Below are positions 35,652 to 44,261 of a stretch of 64,000 nucleotides of DNA, piece by piece. The notes below the pieces were generated by a model. That model searched no databases. It saw only the letters and a list, made by a program, of their open reading frames with translations, and had not been told where the DNA came from. Source of the stretch: a virus (taxonomy: Duplodnaviria; Caudoviricetes); the IMG/VR virus record IMGVR_UViG_3300026274_000001, one strand, 5' to 3'. The position numbers and the translations under genes are program-made. Each line of letters begins with the position of its first letter. The stretch's first letter is position 1.

Positions 35652-36049
35652 CACAACTAAAATATTTTGAACCAAGTACTCGAATCGCTCTGGCTGATGA
35701 AATGCTGCCATTACTAGTCAATCAAGGGTTATGGTACGAACTGCGTGAAACCACCTCATATGGTTGGCAGCTTTATGTTCCCATGTTGGTGAACAAACAC
35801 ACACATCATTTTATCAATTTAAGGATTACTCAACCAAGTTGGTTGGGAGCGAAGTGCTTGGTGAAATTCGAAACTATCGATCTTTCACTTAAAGAGGCGA
35901 TTTTGATTCTTCAGGAGCTACAGCTGGTATACACTAGACTTGAAACTAGAGTACTTTCTGGTGACTGGCGCAACAGCGATACTTACGAAACGATATCCGC
36001 AGATTGTAGTGATGCTGAACTACTGCAATTCATACTGGCTCACTGTTAG
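35648..36049 (+). CDS. paralog family B member
   Basis: WQLYVPM; SLKEAI; SDAELLQFIL. Confidence 0.7.
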   Translation: MTQLKYFEPSTRIALADEMLPLLVNQGLWYELRETTSYGWQLYVPMLVNKHTHHFINLRITQPSWLGAKCLVKFETIDLSLKEAILILQELQLVYTRLETRVLSGDWRNSDTYETISADCSDAELLQFILAHC

Positions 36050-36052
36050 CTC

Positions 36053-36091
36053 TTGTGTGATTCACCTTGCGAAGCTATCATATGAATTATG
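36053..36091 (+). promoter_or_regulatory. early promoter, hairpin family
   Basis: TTGTGT-17-TATCAT; TGATTCA/TGAATTA arms; ATG at 36089. Confidence 0.75.
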
Positions 36092-36111
36092 GTTAAACGC
36101 AAGGATATAAA

Positions 36112-36423
36112 ATGAATATTGGTGTACATACTTCCCACTGCTGCGCTCGTCATGGCTGCAAATACAGCAACGATGAATGCCCCGTGGTGCTTGGCACGCA
36201 TAAGCAGGAGTACCCCTGTGAGTTCTGCGGAGAGGAAGCAATTCAACTCGAACACGACGCGCAATACTTCGCAACGCACCCAGATCGATTCATTGAATTG
36301 CTTCAGGCAATTAATATGGCTCCTGAAATTGAAGAAGGAATTCATCGGGTAATAAAGGATGCTCTTAAGCAGTTTGGAATTGATACGAGTGAAACTGAAT
36401 TGACTGGAGCCAAAAATGTCTGA
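36112..36423 (+). CDS. Cys/His-rich hypothetical protein
   Basis: HCCARHGCKY...CP...CEFC. Confidence 0.7.
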   Translation: MNIGVHTSHCCARHGCKYSNDECPVVLGTHKQEYPCEFCGEEAIQLEHDAQYFATHPDRFIELLQAINMAPEIEEGIHRVIKDALKQFGIDTSETELTGAKNV

Positions 36424-36850
36424 TCTTGAAGTAGCCAGAATTGATATAAATGGCTTTAAAGTGCCGGCCACGTATCACGATGCTTTGTTGCTACTGATCG
36501 ATGCATTGACCTACGGCGAAGTCAACATGGGCTGGAGTGATATGGTCGGGTTTATGGGTGGGACGATGCTTGATAAGCAAACCCCAGTTGGTTTTTTCCT
36601 GACCGCTGATCAGATTCGAGACTATACTAAATCACCAAGTCCGGTTGAAGAATACGGCGCAATCAACTTTGAAACGATGTTCAGTATGCACATTGACGAC
36701 ATCGTTGAAATCCAAAGCTGGTTCAACGTATTGAAGGACAAAGTCAAAGATCAGAATGAAGATCCCAATACCGCCCGTGTTGACATGATCGAGTGGATTC
36801 GCACGCTATTGGATCTGCGTGTTGATTATCCAAATCCAGCCATAATTTAA
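36416..36850 (+). CDS. paralog family C member (PATYHDA)
   Basis: INGFKVPATYHDAL. Confidence 0.78.
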   Translation: MSDLEVARIDINGFKVPATYHDALLLLIDALTYGEVNMGWSDMVGFMGGTMLDKQTPVGFFLTADQIRDYTKSPSPVEEYGAINFETMFSMHIDDIVEIQSWFNVLKDKVKDQNEDPNTARVDMIEWIRTLLDLRVDYPNPAII

Positions 36851-36865
36851 ACTGGCAATAAGTGC

Positions 36866-36897
36866 TTGACGTTCATTGTAGTTGCCATATAATTGGC
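36866..36897 (+). promoter_or_regulatory. promoter, TTGCCA/TGGCAA dyad class
   Basis: TTGACG-16-TATAAT; TTGCCA..TGGC; upstream AACTGGCAA. Confidence 0.75.
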
Positions 36898-36930
36898 TTC
36901 TATAATTCAATTTGAGTAACGGACAAGCAC

Positions 36931-37437
36931 ATGAAATATGAAGTTGAATACAATTTTATTCACGATCGTCAAATCCCAGCAACATACCACGATGCAATCA
37001 AAAAAGTCATCAATGCGGTAAAGAAAGGTAAGCTACATCCTATCCAGTCAAATGACACCTCTGATACCATCTTCAACGAAAAGAAGGGCAAGTACGTTGA
37101 GGCATTTTCATTGTTGGGTCTTTTTCTGAATGAAACCGAACGTAAACGATTTGATTTCAATGATCAATTCGTTTATGGTGACAAGGGAGTAACCGTACGG
37201 AAACTGTTGGGTATCAACAAGCTTGAACTTAAAACCATCTTTGGTATGAAGCTCAAGGACCTCAAGAAACTCAATGATACGTATGTTGACTTTGCTGAAG
37301 AATATGATAGCGACTTGGTCTTCTTTGATGAAAATGAAGCGGTCGACATGTTCAAACATGATTTCATCGAACACTTGGAGTCATTGCTGTGTCATGCAGA
37401 AAACTATATCAATCCCGGAATTTCCGCTATTGATTAA
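36931..37437 (+). CDS. paralog family C member
   Basis: IHDRQIPATYHDAI. Confidence 0.78.
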   Translation: MKYEVEYNFIHDRQIPATYHDAIKKVINAVKKGKLHPIQSNDTSDTIFNEKKGKYVEAFSLLGLFLNETERKRFDFNDQFVYGDKGVTVRKLLGINKLELKTIFGMKLKDLKKLNDTYVDFAEEYDSDLVFFDENEAVDMFKHDFIEHLESLLCHAENYINPGISAID

Positions 37438-37460
37438 AATGGCAAGGCTTTATTAAAACG

Positions 37461-37497
37461 TTGACTTGGCTCATATGCTTGTGTAGCGTATGAGCCA
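37461..37497 (+). promoter_or_regulatory. hairpin promoter (twin 1)
   Basis: TTGACT-17-TAGCGT; TGGCTCATATGCT/AGCGTATGAGCCA. Confidence 0.8.
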
Positions 37498-37517
37498 TAA
37501 TAACGACGGAGAGTGTC

Positions 37518-37988
37518 ATGTCATCTACTACATTCACTAGAATTACCGTAGGGAATAGGGAAGTGCCAGCCAGCTTTCATGATGCATTACTGAAGCTAAA
37601 GGATGCGACCGCTAAGCAGTGGGTATCACTTGAATCTGATGGTGGGTATTCAGTTGTTAAAGGTGATAAAAAGATCTACTGTGCGATTGGTTATTTGCTT
37701 CCGTTAGATTTTCGTAAACAGTTGGTTGACTGCGACAAGTTTGTTAACGATCTACCAGAAGTACTCGGTATTGAACAGCATGAATTAGAAGTGGTGATGG
37801 GTGTGGCAATGGAAGACGCGATTGAAATTCAAACCAAGTTTGATGATCTTTCTCGCAATTACCTAACTGCTACTCATCAACCATATGTGCGCATTGAAGC
37901 AGTAAAAGCGGCGTTTGCCGAAAACCGCAAAGCATGGAATCAGTTTTTGACTGGCTTGTTTGAACGAGAAAACTATTCGTTTGAATAA
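37518..37988 (+). CDS. paralog family C member
   Basis: VGNREVPASFHDAL. Confidence 0.78.
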   Translation: MSSTTFTRITVGNREVPASFHDALLKLKDATAKQWVSLESDGGYSVVKGDKKIYCAIGYLLPLDFRKQLVDCDKFVNDLPEVLGIEQHELEVVMGVAMEDAIEIQTKFDDLSRNYLTATHQPYVRIEAVKAAFAENRKAWNQFLTGLFERENYSFE

Positions 37989-38001
37989 TCATTATTGCAC
38001 G

Positions 38002-38038
38002 TTGACTTGGCTCATATGATCTCATATCATATGAGCCA
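38002..38038 (+). promoter_or_regulatory. hairpin promoter (twin 2)
   Basis: TTGACT-17-TATCAT; perfect TGGCTCATATGAT/ATCATATGAGCCA. Confidence 0.88.
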
Positions 38039-38059
38039 TCGTACTACAGGAGAACGATA

Positions 38060-38524
38060 ATGACTGTGAAATACAACTTGATCAATATCAATGGGTTCGA
38101 CGTGCCAGCCACGTTCCATGATGCTATCTTTAAAATCAAGGATGGGTTTCAAAAGGGGATGATTTCATTCTACACTGATACCTTCTGCGTAACGCATGAT
38201 GCTATTAAGGATAAGAACGTGTTCAGCGCTGTTGGCTATTTACTTACCCGCAAGCAGCGTATGATTATTGACGAGCTGCAATTGAGCGACGGCGCAGTGT
38301 TGTTCACCGACGAACAAGTCATTAAGCTTGTTGGTGAAGCGAATCTGTCCGCTATGTTGGGTATGACGTTGAAAGATGCCAGTGACCTGAAAGTGCAATT
38401 TGAAGAAATTAGCGAAGGTATTGGCATTAACAGTATTGAAATCGTTCGCCAGAACTTTAACAAATATTTGAATAATTTGCTTACTCGCCCCAACTACGAA
38501 AATCCCGCACTTGTCTACGCATAA
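38060..38524 (+). CDS. paralog family C member
   Basis: INGFDVPATFHDAI. Confidence 0.78.
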   Translation: MTVKYNLININGFDVPATFHDAIFKIKDGFQKGMISFYTDTFCVTHDAIKDKNVFSAVGYLLTRKQRMIIDELQLSDGAVLFTDEQVIKLVGEANLSAMLGMTLKDASDLKVQFEEISEGIGINSIEIVRQNFNKYLNNLLTRPNYENPALVYA

Positions 38525-38552
38525 CAATTCGTAGTTAATAAGCTTTCTCTGT

Positions 38553-38584
38553 AAAATGGCGGAATTAAGGTTCCGCCATTTTGT
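38553..38584 (+). terminator. intrinsic terminator
   Basis: AAAATGGCGGAA-TTAAGG-TTCCGCCATTTT. Confidence 0.8.
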
Positions 38585-38601
38585 TTGGAACAGGGAAAAC
38601 G

Positions 38602-38922
38602 ATGTCACAAAAACTAGAACAATTCGACAACATTAATATGAATCTGCACCTTCTCTCCGAAGAGTGCAAAGAAGTTGGTATGTGCTGCTCCAAAGCACTG
38701 CGCTTTGGTCTCATGGATGTAGACCCAGATAATCCTCTTGCCGTTCCCAAGTATGTTCAATTAGAACAAGAGATTGGTGACGTATTGGCTCTTATTGATA
38801 TTCTCAAATCAAATGATATTGGTTTGACTGACGAGGGTATTGAAGCAGCGAAGCAGCGTAAGTTTAAAAAGCTTGCGGGTTATTACGGAGCTTTCGTTGT
38901 AAATACATCGTTAAGGAAATAA
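38602..38922 (+). CDS. MazG-like nucleotide pyrophosphohydrolase
   Basis: LSEECKEV...KALRFG...LEQEIGDVL. Confidence 0.75.
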   Translation: MSQKLEQFDNINMNLHLLSEECKEVGMCCSKALRFGLMDVDPDNPLAVPKYVQLEQEIGDVLALIDILKSNDIGLTDEGIEAAKQRKFKKLAGYYGAFVVNTSLRK

Positions 38923-39147
38923 ATGAAAGCCAGTCGTTGGTCTGCTAGAAAGGCCAAGAAGCGCGCTCCCAAGCGAGTAGTATCCGGGACACCAGTAGCG
39001 GCTACCAGAGTAGCCATGAAGAGTCTAGTGACACCACAAGCAATTCCCTTAGCACTATTTGAACAGAAACTCATTGCACTACAGAGCCTAGTGCTTAGTC
39101 GCTTGCGGGATAAAAAACATGATTCGAAAGGGATTGGACGCAGCTAA
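38923..39147 (+). CDS. basic hypothetical protein
   Basis: Abuts previous stop; SD AAGGA. Confidence 0.55.
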   Translation: MKASRWSARKAKKRAPKRVVSGTPVAATRVAMKSLVTPQAIPLALFEQKLIALQSLVLSRLRDKKHDSKGIGRS

Positions 39148-39331
39148 ATTTTTAGCTCTTATTAGCGTCTTTATTGGTTCATTGGCGGCCATGACAGTAA
39201 TTATTTTACTGTCTGGTGTCCATGAACAGAAGCAATACATCACAGAATGTGGTAAAGAACAGGTTGTATCTTTATGTGCTGATAAATGGCGCACAAGAGA
39301 AAACGTCATCGTAACTAAGGTGGCGTTCTAA
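39119..39331 (+). CDS. small membrane protein
   Basis: N-terminal TM. Confidence 0.6.
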   Translation: MIRKGLDAAKFLALISVFIGSLAAMTVIILLSGVHEQKQYITECGKEQVVSLCADKWRTRENVIVTKVAF

Positions 39332-39354
39332 ATATAAAAACTTAAGGCAAAACG

Positions 39355-39465
39355 ATGGTCGTATTTCCACTGTTGATCATTATTGGCATCATGTGGCTGG
39401 TTGCTACGGCAGAGCACGATGTGAAGATGCGTATTCAAAAGCATAACCAAGAGAAGGGGCAATAA
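39355..39465 (+). CDS. small membrane peptide (36 aa)
   Basis: MVVFPLLIIIGIMWLV...; TAATG-coupled to next gene. Confidence 0.55.
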   Translation: MVVFPLLIIIGIMWLVATAEHDVKMRIQKHNQEKGQ

Positions 39466-39767
39466 TGGATCGTAATAATAAAATTGTAAATGGTATGTGC
39501 ACGACATCTCGTCATGATTTTGGACTTGATAAAGTAGAAGGTAGTTTGTCAAGCGGTATGACTGAAGCAGAACGCGATTCATTATACCGTGAAATGAATC
39601 AACTCTATTACCATAATGTGCTGCCGGTAATTAGTGCATTGGAATATGAGCTGGACGGTATGACAGATGAAATTGCAACATTGAAAGCTGAAAATACTAA
39701 ACTGATAAATGAATTACGTCATGAACGTGACTTAGTGCAGCGATATCAGAACAACGGTCAGTTCTGA
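39465..39767 (+). CDS. hypothetical protein with coiled coil
   Basis: CxTxRHDFGL motif. Confidence 0.7.
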   Translation: MDRNNKIVNGMCTTSRHDFGLDKVEGSLSSGMTEAERDSLYREMNQLYYHNVLPVISALEYELDGMTDEIATLKAENTKLINELRHERDLVQRYQNNGQF

Positions 39768-39774
39768 AACAACG

Positions 39775-39798
39775 AAGGGGAGCAATTGCTCCCCTTTT
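39775..39798. terminator. bidirectional terminator at the convergence of the + and - blocks
   Basis: Perfect palindrome AAGGGGAGCAATTGCTCCCCTT. Confidence 0.8.
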
Positions 39799-39814
39799 CT
39801 ACGACTGTTACTTC

Positions 39815-41119
39815 TTACTGAACTGGACTTGCTGCGATTGCCGACTTAAGTGTGCTATATGTTGCTTTTTTGGCCGTAGCACTAGTCATTACACCAAATG
39901 CATCGTTGGGATAATCATATAGTTCATACCATTCAGCACCAATAACATTGTATGCTGCCTTAGCTGCAACCAGCTCTGGGATCGTCTTAGTGATATATGC
40001 CTGCTGTGCCGCAGTGGATTGATCTGGACTAGAGCCAATCTCAGTAAACATGATGGGCAAATTGAACAACGTGTGCAATTGAGCCAGCGTGTTGTACGTA
40101 CCTTGATTACCGATCGCATTCTCGAAGTCACCACCATCCTGATACCAATGCCAGTTAATGATATCAGTTACGACTTTCTGATGCCCTGATGTTCCGTCAG
40201 GCTGCGTACCATTAAGCATACCAGCCACCCAACCAACACGAGTCCAGCCAGCAGCGGCGGTTGCCATAATTTTAGTAGTGTGCTGAGTATCAACAGAATG
40301 CCATCCATCTGCAGAACCACGCAGCGAACCTCTCCAGATAGGCCACGTATTGTTATCAAAGTCAGTTACGTTTTGGCCATCATTGGCAATTGCCGCGTTA
40401 TGACTATCAATGTCATATTCATTACCAAATTCAACTACCGGGATGCCCTTAAATGCGGTTGCTGCATGAGCGGCAATAGTGTACGCATAGGCATACGCGC
40501 TCGCTTCTGTCGGTGTGCTGCCATTCAGGGACGGATCATTCCACGGGTAAGGGATGATACACGGTAGGACTTGTACATTAGCACCAAGCCCTGGAATTAC
40601 TGTGGATGCAATTGTGTCAATGTCCTGCGTCGAGTACATATCCTGTCGGAAGCTACGAACACCCAAATCCGCCAGTGATGCTGCTTGAGTGCTTAGTGGT
40701 ACCGTCTGTGACAAACCGCCCTGTACATAATGCCCATTGATACCATAAAACGGAATAGCTGCGGCTGTCGGGGTGGTGGGCGTTACTGGAGTTACCGGTA
40801 CCGTGGGGGTAACTGGTGTAACGGGAGTTACTGGCACGGTAGGATTCGACGGAGTTACTGGTGTCGATGGAGTCACAGGGGAAGCAGGCGTGGTTGTTAC
40901 CGGAGTAACGGGCGATGCTGGAACAGTTGCCCCAACGCTTGCTGGTGTGCTTGATGGAATGCCGGCGATTCCAGCATCACTTGCGGTGCTAGCTGCTGAT
41001 GCTGGAGCAGCCGCGCCGGTGGTAGTCTTTGTGGGATCTGAACCTCCACCGCCACATGCGGCCAGTGCAAAAATCGATGCACTAACAAAGAGTGAAGTAA
41101 AAAGTTTTGAATGCTGCAT
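39815..41119 (-). CDS. lipoprotein with clan GH-A (beta/alpha)8 glycoside hydrolase domain
   Basis: Lipobox LAAC-GGGGS; PVT-repeat linker; GINGH; VVEFGNE (acid/base); IMFTEIG (nucleophile). Confidence 0.78.
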   Translation of the reverse strand: MQHSKLFTSLFVSASIFALAACGGGGSDPTKTTTGAAAPASAASTASDAGIAGIPSSTPASVGATVPASPVTPVTTTPASPVTPSTPVTPSNPTVPVTPVTPVTPTVPVTPVTPTTPTAAAIPFYGINGHYVQGGLSQTVPLSTQAASLADLGVRSFRQDMYSTQDIDTIASTVIPGLGANVQVLPCIIPYPWNDPSLNGSTPTEASAYAYAYTIAAHAATAFKGIPVVEFGNEYDIDSHNAAIANDGQNVTDFDNNTWPIWRGSLRGSADGWHSVDTQHTTKIMATAAAGWTRVGWVAGMLNGTQPDGTSGHQKVVTDIINWHWYQDGGDFENAIGNQGTYNTLAQLHTLFNLPIMFTEIGSSPDQSTAAQQAYITKTIPELVAAKAAYNVIGAEWYELYDYPNDAFGVMTSATAKKATYSTLKSAIAASPVQ

Positions 41120-41230
41120 AGTTACCTTATTTGTAATAGTTCTGCCATCTTTTATGGCAATCCTATTCTACAAACATGGTAATAAAAAACAATCTACGCT
41201 TTCCGTGTATAGATGCCAAATATAGATGGC

Positions 41231-41261
41231 AAAAGGGTTTGCCCGTTAGACAAACCCTTTA
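41231..41261. terminator. intrinsic terminator
   Basis: AAAAGGGTTTG...CAAACCCTTTT. Confidence 0.8.
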
Positions 41262-41301
41262 GTTACACAAACTTTATAATTAACTACCAATTCAGTAGCT
41301 A

Positions 41302-41484
41302 TTACGGATAATAAACCGTCCAATCCACGTCACGCCATGCTTCTTCGAGAACATCGATGTACTTCATCAATTCTTCTTTCGTCATACGATCCGGAGCACC
41401 CTGGGGAGCATGTGCGTGAAGAACAATCTTTTGCATCGCATCACGAAGTGCCAGTTCCGTAATACGATCGCTATCATAAGCCAT
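41302..41484 (-). CDS. hypothetical protein
   Basis: SD AAGGAG. Confidence 0.7.
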   Translation of the reverse strand: MAYDSDRITELALRDAMQKIVLHAHAPQGAPDRMTKEELMKYIDVLEEAWRDVDWTVYYP

Positions 41485-41499
41485 TTCGTTCTCCTTTCT

Positions 41500-41543
41500 G
41501 TTTACCATGTTCAAATGATACATTCACCTAAACATGGTTGCAA
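41500..41543 (-). promoter_or_regulatory. early promoter, hairpin family
   Basis: TTGCAA-17-TATCAT; 15-bp stem with 3 G-T pairs; ATG at 41508. Confidence 0.9.
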
Positions 41544-41548
41544 GCATT

Positions 41549-41890
41549 TTATTCATCCGACCATTCGTTTATGGGAACGCTACCAGTTTCAGCTAGCAGT
41601 TTTTCGCCATCCCAGGCAAGGAAGAATAAGTTCTCTGCATAACCACCTTCATTGTCGTCTTCCCAAAGAAAGGAATTGTTGTGGCGGTGAATTGCCATCA
41701 CGACCCATTCTTCGTAGCCTTGAGCTGCAAATGCTTCAACCAATTCTTCACACGTAATGTCCTTGAACATTACGTCATCACCGTCCATTGTGACGCGATC
41801 ACCGTATTTGGCTTTGCACGAATTAAACAATTCAACGTAAGCTTGCTTGCGCGGAAAATGCGAGTTCTTGAGGGTGACTTCAACTTTCAT
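41549..41890 (-). CDS. hypothetical protein
   Basis: SD AAGGAG. Confidence 0.75.
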   Translation of the reverse strand: MKVEVTLKNSHFPRKQAYVELFNSCKAKYGDRVTMDGDDVMFKDITCEELVEAFAAQGYEEWVVMAIHRHNNSFLWEDDNEGGYAENLFFLAWDGEKLLAETGSVPINEWSDE

Positions 41891-41912
41891 CTTGTTCTCC
41901 TTGTTTACAGAC

Positions 41913-41950
41913 CAGGTTCAAATGATATACTCACTTGAACATGCAAGCAA
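41913..41950 (-). promoter_or_regulatory. early promoter, hairpin family
   Basis: TTGCTT-17-TATCAT; CATGTTCAAGTGA/TCATTTGAACCTG. Confidence 0.88.
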
Positions 41951-41959
41951 GCTTTTCCT

Positions 41960-44101
41960 TTATTGCCCAGTATAACCCTGTGGTACGGTCGCATTGGCTG
42001 CTGCAACTGTCGCATTTGTCGATACTACATATTGGGGAACTTCAGTGAGTGTTAGTGTCACCTGACCATTGGTATATGGGACTGTAGTCACGTTACCATA
42101 GCCATCAATATCAGTCACGTTACCTGAAGTACCTGCCGAATCAACTTGAAGCGTGTATGGGGTTGAGTATGTCTGACTATAAAGTCCACCGGTTGCTGGC
42201 CACTGTGCATTGTTGTGTGTCCATGCAGCAGTCACGACCTTACCACCACCAAGTTGTTGAAATGCATATGCAAACACACCCGCGGGAGCACTTGTGATTC
42301 GACCTAACGTATTAGTACCATCGAGTGCTCTCGTCATAGCTGCGAATACCATAGCTTCAGGCTTCGGAGACAAATTAGATGCACCGTATGCCCCTTGTGC
42401 ATCGTTCAGGTCGAAGAAGGTACCGTATCCAACTTCACCTGGATAATCTGATCCATAGAACAGGGTCGTCAATTGTGCCCCACCGCCGAGCGTGATAATG
42501 TGTGCCCTAACTCCAACCGCAGCTTGAGCAAACAACTGATTTTGCGATGGTGATGTGGGTCCATAGTTAATACCCGGATCATAGCTTGCTCCAGCTTCAG
42601 TTACGAACAACTTCATATTCGGCTTGCCGGCTTGCATGACTGATCGCAATAGAATCAATTGATTATCAAGTGCATTGGCTTGATTGGCTGGATCTGGATC
42701 TGAGTCCTGTAATTCGGGCGGATGGGCTGGATATGTGCCAGCATTCCAATAACCATGGGTTGACACCGCATCGATATAATTCCATAGACCAAGAGCACCA
42801 TAAGTCTGCAAATAACCCGATGTGCAAGTATTGCAGTTTGCCGCGAATGGATTAGTGGTCCCCATCACCACCGCATTTGGATCGGTTGAATGAATCCCCA
42901 GATATGCGGCTTTGAATAGAGTAACAAAATTCGCAGAAATGTCAGCCCATCCTAGGCTTGGTTCCCATGTCACCTGATAATAATTGTTTTGCTGATTTGG
43001 ATAATTTGCCGCCTTGATTGCACTAGTGTCAGTACCAACCTTAGCCATGAAACTCTGATATTCAGTTAGATTCACGGGGGCATAATATGAATCCGTGTAT
43101 GCGCCAGTTGGACTATTCCAAGCGGGAATACCATCAAGACGCACTATGCGCATCTGGTCAGGGTTAGCCTTGTAGAATGGGTCCAGGTCGCTCACGCTTG
43201 GGGTATACGTGTTAGGGCCGTTTGGCTCCATGACAGATTGTTCTCGATCATCAATCGTCCATGAAATACCCAAGTCATGCAATGCGGCAATGTTGTCATT
43301 GAACCCCTGCATGCCGAATCGATGCTGATCCTGGTGGGCATAAGTTACTGTACCGATAACTGACGACAGGTTAGGCAAAACACCGAATGTGGCTATACCA
43401 GTGGGTCGTGTGCCCATAGTCGGTAACGTGCCTCCATTAGATTGCAATGTGGCCGAGATCGCTCCATAACCCGACCATGTTGATACGCATGCCATAGTGT
43501 TAGTCAACGTTCCGGTTCCAACTGGAAAACTACCTTGTGTACGGATAGTACCAGTGGCATCAACTATTGACCATATTACCGTATCAGCACTTGGTGAATT
43601 GGTGGTTACTGTAAGATTGAATGGCGTATTATTTTGGAAAATACGCATACCATCAGTGGTAGTGGTATCAACGCTGATTAATCCATTGGCGGTGCCGCCT
43701 GCTGATTTGGTTGGTGCACCACAACTAATAGCTGATGTGGTACCAGGTACCACAGGTGTAGTTGGATTTGCTGGGGAGGTGGCCGACGCTGCGGTGGAAC
43801 TACCAATTGCAGCCCCCGTAGTGCCTGCTGGCGCTGTTGCACTGGAACCAGTAGTGCTAGGAGACGTGGAACCGGGAGCGGCGGTTGTAGCTGATCCTGT
43901 AGTGTTAGGAGTGTTAGGAGTGCTGGTAGTGCCAGTTGTACTAGGGTCACCTGTCGCACCAGCAGCACTTGCACCACTTGCGGCGCTTGCAGCGCTTACA
44001 CTACTTGTTCCATTAGAACTACCGCCGCCACCTCCACAAGCTGATAGCGAAGTGATTGCGGCACTAACCATCAATGCCATTAATAGTTTGTTCATTATCA
44101 T
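41960..44101 (-). CDS. lipoprotein with GH39-like (clan GH-A) glycoside hydrolase and beta-sandwich domains
   Basis: Lipobox LSAC-GGGGGSS; S/T/P/A linker; YYQVTWEP; DAVSTHGY; LFVTEAG; C-terminal LTLTEVPQYV. Confidence 0.78.
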   Translation of the reverse strand: MIMNKLLMALMVSAAITSLSACGGGGGSSNGTSSVSAASAASGASAAGATGDPSTTGTTSTPNTPNTTGSATTAAPGSTSPSTTGSSATAPAGTTGAAIGSSTAASATSPANPTTPVVPGTTSAISCGAPTKSAGGTANGLISVDTTTTDGMRIFQNNTPFNLTVTTNSPSADTVIWSIVDATGTIRTQGSFPVGTGTLTNTMACVSTWSGYGAISATLQSNGGTLPTMGTRPTGIATFGVLPNLSSVIGTVTYAHQDQHRFGMQGFNDNIAALHDLGISWTIDDREQSVMEPNGPNTYTPSVSDLDPFYKANPDQMRIVRLDGIPAWNSPTGAYTDSYYAPVNLTEYQSFMAKVGTDTSAIKAANYPNQQNNYYQVTWEPSLGWADISANFVTLFKAAYLGIHSTDPNAVVMGTTNPFAANCNTCTSGYLQTYGALGLWNYIDAVSTHGYWNAGTYPAHPPELQDSDPDPANQANALDNQLILLRSVMQAGKPNMKLFVTEAGASYDPGINYGPTSPSQNQLFAQAAVGVRAHIITLGGGAQLTTLFYGSDYPGEVGYGTFFDLNDAQGAYGASNLSPKPEAMVFAAMTRALDGTNTLGRITSAPAGVFAYAFQQLGGGKVVTAAWTHNNAQWPATGGLYSQTYSTPYTLQVDSAGTSGNVTDIDGYGNVTTVPYTNGQVTLTLTEVPQYVVSTNATVAAANATVPQGYTGQ

Positions 44102-44139
44102 TTCCTAAAGTATATTGCCATGTTTGTATGGCAAGGTAT

Positions 44140-44167
44140 ATATTAAGGAAATGAAGTGAATTGTCAA
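44140..44167 (-). promoter_or_regulatory. sigma70-type promoter, flanked by TTGCCAT/ATGGCAA dyads
   Basis: TTGACA-16-TAATAT on the - strand. Confidence 0.6.
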
Positions 44168-44213
44168 CAGTAATGGCAAAACCAAGTTTGCCATTATGTG
44201 TTCTATAGATGGT

Positions 44214-44242
44214 AAAAGGGTCTACAAGACGTAGACCCTTTT
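44214..44242. terminator. intrinsic terminator
   Basis: AAAAGGGTCTAC-AAGAC-GTAGACCCTTTT. Confidence 0.8.
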
Positions 44243-44261
44243 ATTCTTTTGTAACTGGTTG

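Noticed and set aside
43497-44108. 203-aa plus-strand ORF (also 40773-41225, 31555-31929)
   Set aside because: Antisense read-outs of low-complexity S/T/P/A linkers in the lipoprotein genes
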